Positions 9,277-18,634 of a stretch of DNA of 42,391 nt are shown piece after piece. A program made the position numbers and the translations under genes. The notes beneath the pieces are model-generated. The model did no database searches. It was not told where the DNA came from and was given only the letters and a program-made list of their open reading frames with translations. Each line of letters starts with the position of its first letter. The first letter of the stretch is position 1. The DNA comes from an uncultured Clostridia bacterium (GTDB lineage Bacteria; Bacillota; Natranaerobiia; Natranaerobiales; Natranaerobiaceae), in contig CAZARY010000001.1 of the NCBI GenBank assembly GCA_964487675.1, positions 1-42,391 of the forward strand, in the 5' to 3' direction.

Positions 9277-10869
9277 ATGAAGTGGAATCGTTTATTACTC
9301 ATGGGGCTTTTGGCTGGTATTATTGTCTTCAGCTTTGCATTTATCGGGTGTGCCCCGCCGGAAGAGGAAATTGATGAAGAAGTAGAGGAAGAGGTGGAAG
9401 AAGAGCCTGAAGACCCAGAAGAAAAAGAATTAGTAGTGGCAAATTATGCGGACGTAAGCCATTTAGATCCTCACCAGGCAACTGACACAGCCTCTCACTG
9501 GGTGAACAACCAGATTTATGATGGCTTGGTTCAGAGGACGGAAGACATGGGGGTAGAACCTTCTTTGGCCGAAGACTGGGAATTTGTAGATGACAGGACG
9601 GTAGAATTTTATCTCAGGGAAGGCGTTACCTTTCACAATGGTGAAGAATTTACTGCTCACGATGTAAAATTCACCTATGAAAGACTTTTAGACGAGGATG
9701 AAGCTTTTGCTGGCGCATCCAGATTAGAGATGGTAGATGTTGAAAACATTGAAGTTATAGATGATCACACCATTCAAATCCCTACACATGAGCCATTTGG
9801 TGCTATATTGACGTATCTAGCTCACAGTTCTTCCTTGATCATCAACCAAGAAGCCGTGGAGGAATATGGAGAAGATTATAACCAAAACCCTATAGGCACT
9901 GGGCCATTTGAATTTGAGGAATGGCAGGAAGGTGACCGTGTTGTTTTATCCGCTTATGAAGATTATTGGGGCGGTGCACCCGAAATTGAACGATTGGTTT
10001 TTAGAGCTGTGCCTGAAGGTACAAATAGGACCATTGAATTAGAAACTGGTGGAGCCCATGTTGCAGAGAGCATCGAAAGAATGGATTTAGACCGCATCGA
10101 AGAACATGAAGAGCTTGACCTACACGTTTATGAAATCCTGAGGATTGCTTATATGGGCTACAACTGTGTGCAAGAACCCTTTGACGATCCTAGGGTGAGA
10201 CAAGCGCTCAACTGGGCAATTGATGTGGAGGCTATGGCTGAGACAGTATACGGTGAACTCGGTACGCCTGCCTCCGGTTTTACCAACAGCAATATATGGG
10301 CACACAATCCAGATGTAGAAACTTATACTGAACAAGATATGGAAAAAGCCCAGGAACTGTTGGAAGAAGCGGGATATGAAGACGGCTTTGAAATAACGAT
10401 TACCATCAACGATGACGATGAAAGAAGAGATCTTGCAGAGGTCGCTTCCAGCATGTGGGCAGAATTAGGCGTAGAGACGGAAGTTGAAATATTAGAATGG
10501 GGTACTTTCCTGGATGCCACTGGAGAAGGCGATATTGAATTGTTCTTCCTGGGGTGGTTGGCCAGCACCGGTGACCCTCATCATGCCATGCATCCACTGT
10601 TCCACTCAGACAATCACGGTGGTGGCGGTAACAGAACCTTTTACACCAACGAAGAAGTAGACGCCCTGTTAGATGAAGGTGTGGTTGAACCTGATGAAGA
10701 TGAACGTTTTGCTATTTATCAGGAAACCCAAGAAATAATCGCTGAAGATGCGCCATGGCTGCCGCTTATAGATGTGACGGATGCGGTTGGTGTCCATGAA
10801 GACGTAGTTGGATTTGAACCTTGCCCCTCTGGGTACCATATGTTTGATGAAGTTGATTTGCAGCAGTAA
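9277..10869 (+). CDS. ABC transporter substrate-binding lipoprotein, family 5 (peptide/nickel type)
   Basis: Signal peptide with lipobox FIGC, followed by an acidic linker (EEEIDEEVEEEVEEEPEDPEE). The remainder looks like a DppA/OppA-type solute-binding protein, and permease/ATPase genes follow. Confidence 0.9.
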   Translation: MKWNRLLLMGLLAGIIVFSFAFIGCAPPEEEIDEEVEEEVEEEPEDPEEKELVVANYADVSHLDPHQATDTASHWVNNQIYDGLVQRTEDMGVEPSLAEDWEFVDDRTVEFYLREGVTFHNGEEFTAHDVKFTYERLLDEDEAFAGASRLEMVDVENIEVIDDHTIQIPTHEPFGAILTYLAHSSSLIINQEAVEEYGEDYNQNPIGTGPFEFEEWQEGDRVVLSAYEDYWGGAPEIERLVFRAVPEGTNRTIELETGGAHVAESIERMDLDRIEEHEELDLHVYEILRIAYMGYNCVQEPFDDPRVRQALNWAIDVEAMAETVYGELGTPASGFTNSNIWAHNPDVETYTEQDMEKAQELLEEAGYEDGFEITITINDDDERRDLAEVASSMWAELGVETEVEILEWGTFLDATGEGDIELFFLGWLASTGDPHHAMHPLFHSDNHGGGGNRTFYTNEEVDALLDEGVVEPDEDERFAIYQETQEIIAEDAPWLPLIDVTDAVGVHEDVVGFEPCPSGYHMFDEVDLQQ

Positions 10870-10967
10870 TTTAAAAAAGTGACAATGAAGCTATTGGGAC
10901 AGATTAGATATCAAACCCCTCTTTGATCGATGCTGAATTAGCATTGAACGAAAAAGCAAAATGGGTG

Positions 10968-11025
10968 ATAATCAGTGATTTTGGGCCATTTTCGGCCCAA
11001 AATCACTGATTATTTATAATTTTTT
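10968..11025 (+). terminator. Intra-operon hairpin, candidate partial terminator/attenuator between the binding-protein and permease genes
   Basis: Perfect 20-bp stem (10968-10987 / 10994-11013: ATAATCAGTGATTTTGGGCC ... GGCCCAAAATCACTGATTAT) with a 6-nt loop, followed by the T-rich TTATAATTTTTT. Confidence 0.6.
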
Positions 11026-11108
11026 ATACCATCCAAAAATAGTTACAACTTTCTAATATTGGTTTTTTATAGTTCTCAAATTGCTGCAGTGAGAGGAGGC
11101 TTTATAGA

Positions 11109-12053
11109 ATGGGAATATATATCCTAAAGCGGCTTTTGGGATTGATCCCGGTCCTCATAGGAGTGACTTTATTAGTTTTTACAATAATGCATTTTACTCC
11201 GGGAGACCCAGCCACATTAATGCTTGGAGAAGAAGCACCAGAAGAACAAGTTGAGCGCATGCGGGAACGAATGGGCCTAGATGAGCCATTTATTGTTCAA
11301 TATGGCAATTTTTTGTTTGGTGCTGTACAAGGTGATTTAGGCAGGTCGCTTAGCACTGGCAGACCTGTCATAAGTATGATAGCAAGTCGCTTGCCTGCTA
11401 CTATCTTGCTAGCTACTGCTGCCCTGGTAGTGGCCGTTCTAATCGGTGTAATCGCGGGCATAATTGCTTCTACACGCCAGTATACAATTTACGATGGTGG
11501 TGCCATGGCTTTAGCTCTTTTAGGGGTATCTATGCCAAATTTTTGGCTAGGCCTAATGTTCATACTTTTATTTTCGGTATTTTGGAACAATACTTTTGGG
11601 TACCCGCTGTTTCCTGCATCGGGTTTCGGTACATTGCGACATCTTATTATGCCTGCCGTTGTTTTAGGTACTGCGCATGCCTCATTTATAACCAGGATAA
11701 CGCGGTCTTCCATGTTAGAGGTGCTTAGACAGGATTATATTCGAACCGCCCGGGCAAAGGGGTTGAGTGAAAAAGTAGTTGTTTATGTGCATGCTTTAAG
11801 AAACGCTTTGATGCCCATTGTTACTATAGCCGGTTTAAGGTGGGGCATACTGCTGGGTGGTTCTGTAATCACAGAATCAATTTTTGCCTGGCCCGGGATT
11901 GGGAGGGCTTTAATAGAAGGAGTTAGAACCCAAGACTATCACCTTGTACAAGGGATACTCTTGGTTTATGCGATTTTGTTTAGTCTGGTTAATTTAGGAG
12001 TGGACCTGCTGTATGCTTTTATTGATCCCAGAATTAAAGCGCAGTATAAATAA
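11109..12053 (+). CDS. ABC transporter permease (DppB/OppB type)
   Basis: Multi-pass membrane protein with the conserved YIRTARAKGLSE loop. RBS GAGAGGAGG. Confidence 0.9.
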   Translation: MGIYILKRLLGLIPVLIGVTLLVFTIMHFTPGDPATLMLGEEAPEEQVERMRERMGLDEPFIVQYGNFLFGAVQGDLGRSLSTGRPVISMIASRLPATILLATAALVVAVLIGVIAGIIASTRQYTIYDGGAMALALLGVSMPNFWLGLMFILLFSVFWNNTFGYPLFPASGFGTLRHLIMPAVVLGTAHASFITRITRSSMLEVLRQDYIRTARAKGLSEKVVVYVHALRNALMPIVTIAGLRWGILLGGSVITESIFAWPGIGRALIEGVRTQDYHLVQGILLVYAILFSLVNLGVDLLYAFIDPRIKAQYK

Positions 12054-12100
12054 CACTGGACTAAACAGTTTGGAAAAAGGGAAGGAAAGGAGGAACGGAA

Positions 12101-13018
12101 TTGTCAAATCATACAAAAGCAAGCTCAAATGTGGCACAACCTCAGGCCCAGCAGCAAGTGGAAAAAGGAAGAAAACAAAGAACCCGGTTCCAAGAAACCT
12201 GGCGGCGTTTAAAGAAAAATAAATGGGCAATTGGCGGCCTGATTCTTATAATATTATTAGTTCTGTTAGCTTTATTTGCTGAATATATTGCGCCAGAAGG
12301 GATTGATGATCAAGCTTATGACCGGACACTGGAATCTCCTTCTGTGGAAACCCCTCTCGGAACGGATAATTTAGGGCGCTGTGTGCTGTCAAGAATCATT
12401 CATGGTTCCAGGTTGTCTCTTTCCATTGGCTTTATCACGACGGCTATTGGTTTGACTGTGGGTGGTTTTCTTGGTGCTCTTGCTGCTTATTACGGAGGTC
12501 GCGTGGATAATCTCATCATGAGGTTTATGGATATTATACTAGCCATACCAGGGATTATTTTTGCTATTGCCCTGGTGACTGCTTTAGGCGTAAACTTGAC
12601 GAATTTAATGATTGCGGTTGGAGTTAATTCAGTCCCTTATTTTGCCCGGATAATTCGTTCCACAGTGATGTCCACCAAAGAAAACGAGTTCATTGAAGCT
12701 GCTCGCGCTGTGGGCTCATCAGATATGTGGATAATTTTTAAGCATATTTTGCCTAACTCATTTGCGCCCATAATGGTACAGGCAACTTTGAGAATAGGCA
12801 ATACTATAATAATTGCTTCAGGCCTTAGCTTTTTAGGTTTAGGAGCGCAACCTCCTTTGCCGGAATGGGGTCGTATGCTGTCTGATGGCAGACGGTATTT
12901 AAGGGATTCTTGGTGGATGGCTACGTTCCCAGGCATATCTATAATGATTACTGTGCTTGCTTTTAATTTACTTGGAGATGGCCTAAGGGATGCGCTTGAT
13001 CCGCGTTTAAAAGACTAA
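12101..13018 (+). CDS. ABC transporter permease (DppC/OppC type)
   Basis: Membrane protein with a FIEAARAVGSSD loop. TTG start lies after AAAGGAGGA. Confidence 0.9.
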   Translation: MSNHTKASSNVAQPQAQQQVEKGRKQRTRFQETWRRLKKNKWAIGGLILIILLVLLALFAEYIAPEGIDDQAYDRTLESPSVETPLGTDNLGRCVLSRIIHGSRLSLSIGFITTAIGLTVGGFLGALAAYYGGRVDNLIMRFMDIILAIPGIIFAIALVTALGVNLTNLMIAVGVNSVPYFARIIRSTVMSTKENEFIEAARAVGSSDMWIIFKHILPNSFAPIMVQATLRIGNTIIIASGLSFLGLGAQPPLPEWGRMLSDGRRYLRDSWWMATFPGISIMITVLAFNLLGDGLRDALDPRLKD

Positions 13019-13036
13019 TTGTTTGGAGGGATCGAA

Positions 13037-14002
13037 GTGGATGACAATTTACTGGAAATCAATAATTTGCATATTCATTATGTAACTGATGATGGAACAG
13101 CTTTGGCAGTCAATGGTATTGATATTAGCCTTAAACCGGGAGAAACGATTGGTCTGGTAGGTGAAACAGGTGCTGGGAAAACAACTACGGCTTTGGGTAT
13201 TATGCGCCTGGTACCAGATCCACCGGGTAAAATAATTAATGGAGAAATTCTGTTTCAAAATGAAGATTTGGTAAAGAAACAAGAGCGAGAACTGCGGAAA
13301 ATAAGAGGAAATAAGATATCTATGATTTTTCAAGATCCAATGACTTCATTGAATCCCGTGTTTACTGTGGGAAGGCAAATTGCTGAAAGTGTCAGCCTTC
13401 ATCAGGGAATGAGTTACAACCAGGGCATTAATAGAGCCAAAGAAATGCTTGAGCTTGTGGAAATCCCCCCTGAAAGAGTACATGACTATCCCCATGAATT
13501 TAGCGGTGGCATGAAACAGAGAGTGTTAATTGCAATGGCACTGGCAAGCGACCCCGCATTATTGATCGCCGACGAACCCACAACTGCTTTGGATGTTACC
13601 ATTCAAGCCCAAGTATTGGAAATCATGAAGGAATTGAAGAAAAAAGTTGATACTTCCATGATTATGATTAGCCACGACCTTGGAGTAGTGGCTGAAGTGT
13701 CTGATAAGGTTGGGGTTATGTATGCTGGAAGGATTATTGAATTGGGATCGTTAAAACAAATCTTTCAAAATCCTAAACACCCTTACACCAATGGATTATT
13801 TGGCTCTATTCCTAACATCATAGAAAGGGAAAGCACACGTTTGAATCCCATAAAAGGCCTGATGCCAGATGCTATGGAGCTGCCTGAGGGGTGCGCTTTT
13901 CATCCCAGGTGCCCTGATGTTATGGAGAAATGCAGCCAAGCAGAGCCAGACAATATAGAAATTGAAAACGGGCACTTTGTACAGTGTTATAAATATCTAT
14001 AA
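13037..14002 (+). CDS. ABC transporter ATP-binding protein (DppD/OppD type)
   Basis: Walker [10 protein letters not shown], signature FSGGMKQR, Walker [13 protein letters not shown], and a C-terminal Cys-containing oligopeptide-type extension. GTG 13037 lies 6 nt after GGAGGG; the listed TTG 13019 overlaps the previous stop. Confidence 0.9.
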   Translation: MDDNLLEINNLHIHYVTDDGTALAVNGIDISLKPGETIGLVGETGAGKTTTALGIMRLVPDPPGKIINGEILFQNEDLVKKQERELRKIRGNKISMIFQDPMTSLNPVFTVGRQIAESVSLHQGMSYNQGINRAKEMLELVEIPPERVHDYPHEFSGGMKQRVLIAMALASDPALLIADEPTTALDVTIQAQVLEIMKELKKKVDTSMIMISHDLGVVAEVSDKVGVMYAGRIIELGSLKQIFQNPKHPYTNGLFGSIPNIIERESTRLNPIKGLMPDAMELPEGCAFHPRCPDVMEKCSQAEPDNIEIENGHFVQCYKYL

Positions 14003-14031
14003 ACTGGTTAAAAGCTAAAGGGGGTAAAGGA

Positions 14032-14985
14032 ATGAACGATAACAAGATTGTAGATGTAAATGACTTAAAAAAATATTTTTCTTCGCAACAAGGTCAACTA
14101 CATGCAGTAGATGGGGTTGACTTTCACATATTTGATGGAGAGACTTTAGGTCTTGTCGGGGAAAGCGGTTGTGGCAAGTCAACGACTGGACGCTTATTGA
14201 TCAGGTTAATTGAAAACACAGGTGGCGAGGTTTTATTTAAAGGAGAAAATGTTTTTGAATTTGGAAAAGTAAAATTAAAAGAATTCCGCAGAGCAGCGCA
14301 AATTGTCTTTCAGGATCCTTTTTCTTCTTTGGACCCGAGAATGAGTGTTTCAGATATAATCTCTGAACCCTTGCAAGTCCATCGCATATTTAATAGCTCC
14401 CAGGAAAGATCAAAAAAAGTGGAAGAACTGATGGAAGTGGTGGGGTTGGCCAAAAGATCAGTCAATTCCTATCCTCATGAATTGGATGGTGGCAGCCGGC
14501 AGAGAGTAGGCATTGCCAGGGCCCTTTCTTTAAACCCGGATTTTTTGGTATTAGACGAGCCGGTATCTGCTTTAGACGTGTCGATTCAGGCTCAAATTAT
14601 CAATCTTTTCGATGATCTGCAACAAGAATTTAACCTCACTTATCTTTTTATCGCACATGACTTGTCCGTTGTGAAGCACGTCAGTGACAGAATAGCTGTG
14701 ATGTATATGGGCGAGATAGTTGAACTAGCAGATTATGATAAAGTGATTTTTGAACCAAAGCACCCGTATACCCAGGCACTGGTTTCTGCCATACCGAAAA
14801 TGGAACTTGAAGCAGAGGACGAAAAAATCATTCTTGAAGGCGACGTACCGAGCCCAGTTAACCCTGCGGATTACTGCAGATTTTACGGAAGATGCAGAAA
14901 AAGAATGGATATGTGCAAAGAAAAATCGGTGTCTTTGCAGGAAATAGAACCGGGAAGATTTGTCAGTTGTTTACTTTATCAATAA
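14032..14985 (+). CDS. ABC transporter ATP-binding protein (DppF/OppF type)
   Basis: Walker A GESGCGKST, signature LDGGSRQRV, Walker B FLVLDEPVSALD. Confidence 0.9.
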   Translation: MNDNKIVDVNDLKKYFSSQQGQLHAVDGVDFHIFDGETLGLVGESGCGKSTTGRLLIRLIENTGGEVLFKGENVFEFGKVKLKEFRRAAQIVFQDPFSSLDPRMSVSDIISEPLQVHRIFNSSQERSKKVEELMEVVGLAKRSVNSYPHELDGGSRQRVGIARALSLNPDFLVLDEPVSALDVSIQAQIINLFDDLQQEFNLTYLFIAHDLSVVKHVSDRIAVMYMGEIVELADYDKVIFEPKHPYTQALVSAIPKMELEAEDEKIILEGDVPSPVNPADYCRFYGRCRKRMDMCKEKSVSLQEIEPGRFVSCLLYQ

Positions 14986-15055
14986 AATACAATAAAATAA
15001 TGGATAGATAAGCAAATTATCAGAAAAAATATTAATCACAAAGTGGGGAGAGCAT

Positions 15056-15778
15056 ATGCAACCGGTCATTGGGATAACAATTACGACTAGAAAAGGGTTT
15101 ACTGAATATTACGTGAATGCAGTAGAAAAAGTAGGCGGGATTCCCATTGTGTTACCCATTCTTGAAGATACCAGTCAGATTCAACCTATCTTGAAAGAGC
15201 TGCATGGCGTTATTTTTACTGGGGGCACAGATATAAACCCTTTTTATTATAATGAGGAACCGAGATACGGATTAGGAGAGGTCAAACCTTACAGAGATGA
15301 GCACGAATTTAAGCTTTTAGAATTATGCTTAGAAAAATTTGAGGGTCCAGTTATGGGGATATGTCGTGGGATGCAGTTGATTAACGTGTTACACGGCGGC
15401 AGTATGTATCAGTGTTTAGAGCAAGATAGATCTGATGGTATTATGCATGCACTCATAGAAAGATATCCTTTGGAGTATCCCTCGCATTTAGTGTATCTAA
15501 AAGAAAATAGCTGGCTTTTTAAAATATGTGCGCAACAAACTCTTTATGTAAATAGCTTGCATCACCAGGGCGTTAAAGAACTGGGTAAATCTTTGAAAGT
15601 GTCAGCAAGAGCCGGAGATGGTTTGATTGAAGGGATAGAAAGAGAAGGCGAACGCCTGGTGTTCGGGTTGCAGTGGCACCCTGAAATGATGATGGAAAAA
15701 TCTTTTGAAGCGCGTAAAATATTCACGGATTTTGTGCAAGAATGTAAGTACTTTCAGAAAAATGAGACAAAATTATAA
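15056..15778 (+). CDS. Class I glutamine amidotransferase-like / peptidase C26 (gamma-glutamyl hydrolase family)
   Basis: Nucleophile motif GICRGMQLIN and a QWHPE histidine motif. Same strand as the ABC importer and directly downstream of it. Confidence 0.85.
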   Translation: MQPVIGITITTRKGFTEYYVNAVEKVGGIPIVLPILEDTSQIQPILKELHGVIFTGGTDINPFYYNEEPRYGLGEVKPYRDEHEFKLLELCLEKFEGPVMGICRGMQLINVLHGGSMYQCLEQDRSDGIMHALIERYPLEYPSHLVYLKENSWLFKICAQQTLYVNSLHHQGVKELGKSLKVSARAGDGLIEGIEREGERLVFGLQWHPEMMMEKSFEARKIFTDFVQECKYFQKNETKL

Positions 15779-15843
15779 AGAACAGAGGTCAGTCATTCAT
15801 GAAGGCAACCGACATTTAATTTACCCACAGGGAGTGGCGAAGC

Positions 15844-16881
15844 TTGAAATCTTTTAGCCGGCGGAGTTTTTTTAAGTGGATTTTGAGTATCGCAGCTGGG
15901 ATCTTGCTGATGGGATGGAATTTTTTGACGAATAAGAAGGATAGAGCATCTATTTCGGCAGATCAAAAAATATCGCTCAGACAAAATGTTAAAGGAATTG
16001 ACAATCGATTGCTCGAAAAAAGAAATTTAACCCATAAGCTTGTCCCCGTTTCCCAGCGAAGATTGGGTAAGACGGGGGTTTTTGTCAGTTTGCTGGGCAT
16101 AGGTGGCAGCGGCATCATTGCCCGAGAAGATGCAAAGGAAGTGGTCCATGAAATTTTTGATCATGCCTTGGCAAACGGTGTTAACTATATTGATACCGCG
16201 CCTACATATGGTGCTAGCGAAAGCAACATCGGAGAGGCAATTAGAGGTAGAAGAGAAAAAGTTTTTTTAGCCACTAAAACTTTAGCTCGGGGATATGACG
16301 AAACCATGCGGTTATTTCATCAGAGTCTTGAACGCCTTCAAACGGAATATATTGATTTGTATCAAATCCACGGCATTAGCAATGAAGCGGACCTGGCTAT
16401 GATTGAAGAGAAACGGGGCGCTGCCAGGGCTGTTTCAGAACTTAAGCAAGAAGGCTTAGTCCGGTTCATTGGTGTGACCGGGCATAATTATCCAGATTTA
16501 CTCCATAGAGCCATTAAATCAATGGCGTTTGATTGTCTTTTGATGCCTTTAAACGTAGGGGATATTCATGACAGACCTTTTCAAACTCAGCTTTTAACAC
16601 GGGCCAGAGAAAAGGACTTGGGCATCATTGTTATGAAAGCGATGGCGTACGGTCGTATTTTTCGGGAAAACGGCATTATTTCTGCCAAGCAAGCCCTTCA
16701 CTACACGTGTTCATTTCCTTGCAGCACGACTGTGGTTGGGGTATCCAGTTTGGAAGAAATGAAGGAAAATATATCCAACATGAAATCTTTCGAGGTGAAG
16801 TCAAAACAAGACTTAAATCGCCTGGAAGCGCTAACTGCTCCTTATAAACGGGATATGAACTTTTTTAAACATGAATGGTAA
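15844..16881 (+). CDS. Aldo/keto reductase with an N-terminal twin-arginine (Tat)-like signal or anchor
   Basis: SRRSFFK followed by the hydrophobic WILSIAAGILLMGW. The AKR core starts near residue 70 (RRLGKTG, GVNYIDTAPTYG, IDLYQIHG). Confidence 0.85.
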   Translation: MKSFSRRSFFKWILSIAAGILLMGWNFLTNKKDRASISADQKISLRQNVKGIDNRLLEKRNLTHKLVPVSQRRLGKTGVFVSLLGIGGSGIIAREDAKEVVHEIFDHALANGVNYIDTAPTYGASESNIGEAIRGRREKVFLATKTLARGYDETMRLFHQSLERLQTEYIDLYQIHGISNEADLAMIEEKRGAARAVSELKQEGLVRFIGVTGHNYPDLLHRAIKSMAFDCLLMPLNVGDIHDRPFQTQLLTRAREKDLGIIVMKAMAYGRIFRENGIISAKQALHYTCSFPCSTTVVGVSSLEEMKENISNMKSFEVKSKQDLNRLEALTAPYKRDMNFFKHEW

Positions 16882-16961
16882 TGGAAGGCTCTAAACATCG
16901 AGGAATTTGCATTGATTGACGGATTATAGATATAAGTTTTTAAAATAAAGAAGGTATTAAA

Positions 16962-17396
16962 TTGAATTTTAATCATTATATTATTATTTTCTACTTGGCT
17001 TATCCTAAAAGAATCAAAATAGGGAAATTAGGGACCTTTAATTTTCCCAGTGGCTATTACGTTTACGTTGGCAAAGATCACCGCAGCGTTCGTTCCCGGG
17101 TGGCTAGACATTTATCTTTAAAAAAAAGAGCCCGATGGCATATCGATTACCTCAGCCGGGAAGCAATTCCGATTTTCACTTTATTTATTCAAGGTAAAGA
17201 AGAAAGCGAATGTGAAATAGGCGCTTTGATTAAAGACATCGGGGGTCAAATTATAGTACCAGGATTTGGGGCTTCTGATTGTCGTTGTTCTACGCACCTG
17301 ATGTATTTTCAATGTATACCTAAAAATTTTTATATGAATTTTAGACCTGGGGGAGATTTAACATGGATCTTGAAAAAAGATTCGCTCAACAGTTAA
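16962..17396 (+). CDS. DUF123-type GIY-YIG superfamily (Uri-like) nuclease-domain protein
   Basis: GYYVYVG...RVARH...RWHIDYL is the hallmark pattern of DUF123 as I recall it. TTG start. Confidence 0.7.
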   Translation: MNFNHYIIIFYLAYPKRIKIGKLGTFNFPSGYYVYVGKDHRSVRSRVARHLSLKKRARWHIDYLSREAIPIFTLFIQGKEESECEIGALIKDIGGQIIVPGFGASDCRCSTHLMYFQCIPKNFYMNFRPGGDLTWILKKDSLNS

Positions 17397-17959
17397 TTTT
17401 TTTTAAAGAAATTGACCGGTTAAAATCGGTGCTTCGAAAAACAAGCTTGATTGATAAGGACAGGGTAGAAAATAGTGCGGAGCACTCGTGGCAGGTAGCT
17501 TTTATGGCGCTCTTTTTACAGGAGTACGCCGAAGGAAACCTGGATATTTGCCGGGTTATGCAGATGCTTTTGGTCCACGATTTGGTGGAGATTGATGCGG
17601 GGGATACCTTTATTTACCATGAGGGCAATCAATCGGAAAAGATGGAACGGGAAATGAAAGCAGCCCAGCGGATCTTTGGCCTGTTACCAGAAGACCAATC
17701 CAACTATTTAATGGAACTGTGGCAGGAATTTGAACGAGAAGACTCGCAAGAAGCAAAATTTGCAGCGGCATTAGATCGGCTGCAGCCTGTACTTCATAAT
17801 TATTTTAACCAGGGCGGAAACTGGCATGATTTTGGCATTTCACGAGAACAAGTGGAAAAAGTGAATCAAAAAATAGAGAATGGATCGCCTAAACTCTGGC
17901 AACAGCTGCAAATTATTCTGGATGAAGCCGAAGTAAGAGGTTATTTTTTCTCCAAGTAA
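17363..17959 (+). CDS. HD-domain phosphohydrolase (YfbR-like 5'-deoxynucleotidase family)
   Basis: ENSAEHSWQVA and HDLVEIDAGD motifs. ATG lies 7 nt after GGGGGAG. Overlaps the upstream gene by 34 nt. Confidence 0.8.
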   Translation: MDLEKRFAQQLIFFKEIDRLKSVLRKTSLIDKDRVENSAEHSWQVAFMALFLQEYAEGNLDICRVMQMLLVHDLVEIDAGDTFIYHEGNQSEKMEREMKAAQRIFGLLPEDQSNYLMELWQEFEREDSQEAKFAAALDRLQPVLHNYFNQGGNWHDFGISREQVEKVNQKIENGSPKLWQQLQIILDEAEVRGYFFSK

Positions 17960-18618
17960 GCTCTTTTAAAAACACTTACAGCTGAATGTATAAGAAACCC
18001 TGCCAACAGTATAGAAGCGCTGGGGTCTATGTATCTTCCTACCGGGTATTCCTGGAAATGCATGGTGCCTAAAAGAGAAGCAACGGTAACAATATCCATG
18101 ACGGTTTTTGAGCGATAAAGACGCCACTGGGCTTCTAAAATGGGCGAAGATTTTTGTTTCACAAGTTTGTTTTTACGGCGCCAAAACCATGCATTCACAA
18201 AAACTCCAATAAATGAAAGCACCAATCCGAGCATAAGATTGTCCAGCACAGGTGGGTTATATAATCTATCTAATGAGGTATAAATGACGCCAATGACAGA
18301 AATGAAAAGAATGATTGAAACCAAAATCCCTGAACGGGGCTCCCATTTTTGAAAGGTGGGATTTAAATGGATGCGCACTGACCGAAAAATCACCCAATTA
18401 AAAATGAGCGTCAAAAGCTCTATGGTCCTGCGAATTAAGTTAATGAGCAAAACAGTGGAGCCGCTAATGAGAAAAGCATAGGCGGTTAAAGCAGGCCCAA
18501 GGAAACTTATGATCCACGCAGCCCGCAGAACTTTTTCTTTTTCTTCATATATTTCTTTATCACTTAATGTGTGCTTAGGTTGGTTTAATTTTTTTTCTTG
18601 TTTGGTGTGAGGACTCAT
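17941..18618 (-). CDS. Integral membrane protein, cation-diffusion-facilitator-like transmembrane domain only
   Basis: About six hydrophobic segments and a CDF-like layout, but no C-terminal cytoplasmic domain. RBS AAGGGAG. The family assignment is tentative. Confidence 0.5.
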   Translation of the reverse strand: MSPHTKQEKKLNQPKHTLSDKEIYEEKEKVLRAAWIISFLGPALTAYAFLISGSTVLLINLIRRTIELLTLIFNWVIFRSVRIHLNPTFQKWEPRSGILVSIILFISVIGVIYTSLDRLYNPPVLDNLMLGLVLSFIGVFVNAWFWRRKNKLVKQKSSPILEAQWRLYRSKTVMDIVTVASLLGTMHFQEYPVGRYIDPSASILLAGFLIHSAVSVFKRAYLEKK

Positions 18619-18634
18619 GAAAAGAAACTCCCTT

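Noticed and set aside
9197-9280. 27-codon upstream ORF (MWKYVNQLLKIFSMISQTKLPNKGENL) whose TGA overlaps the ATG of the binding-protein gene
   Set aside because: The only Shine-Dalgarno-like sequence (AGGAGG, 9189-9194) is 2 nt from the ATG, which is too close. That AGGAGG is part of the palindrome, and the peptide has no recognisable features.
12013-12222. 69-aa + ORF and 78-aa - ORF spanning the junction of the two permease genes
   Set aside because: They overlap the well-supported end of one permease and the start of the other. The basic low-complexity sequence matches the out-of-frame reading of the OppC N-terminal extension.
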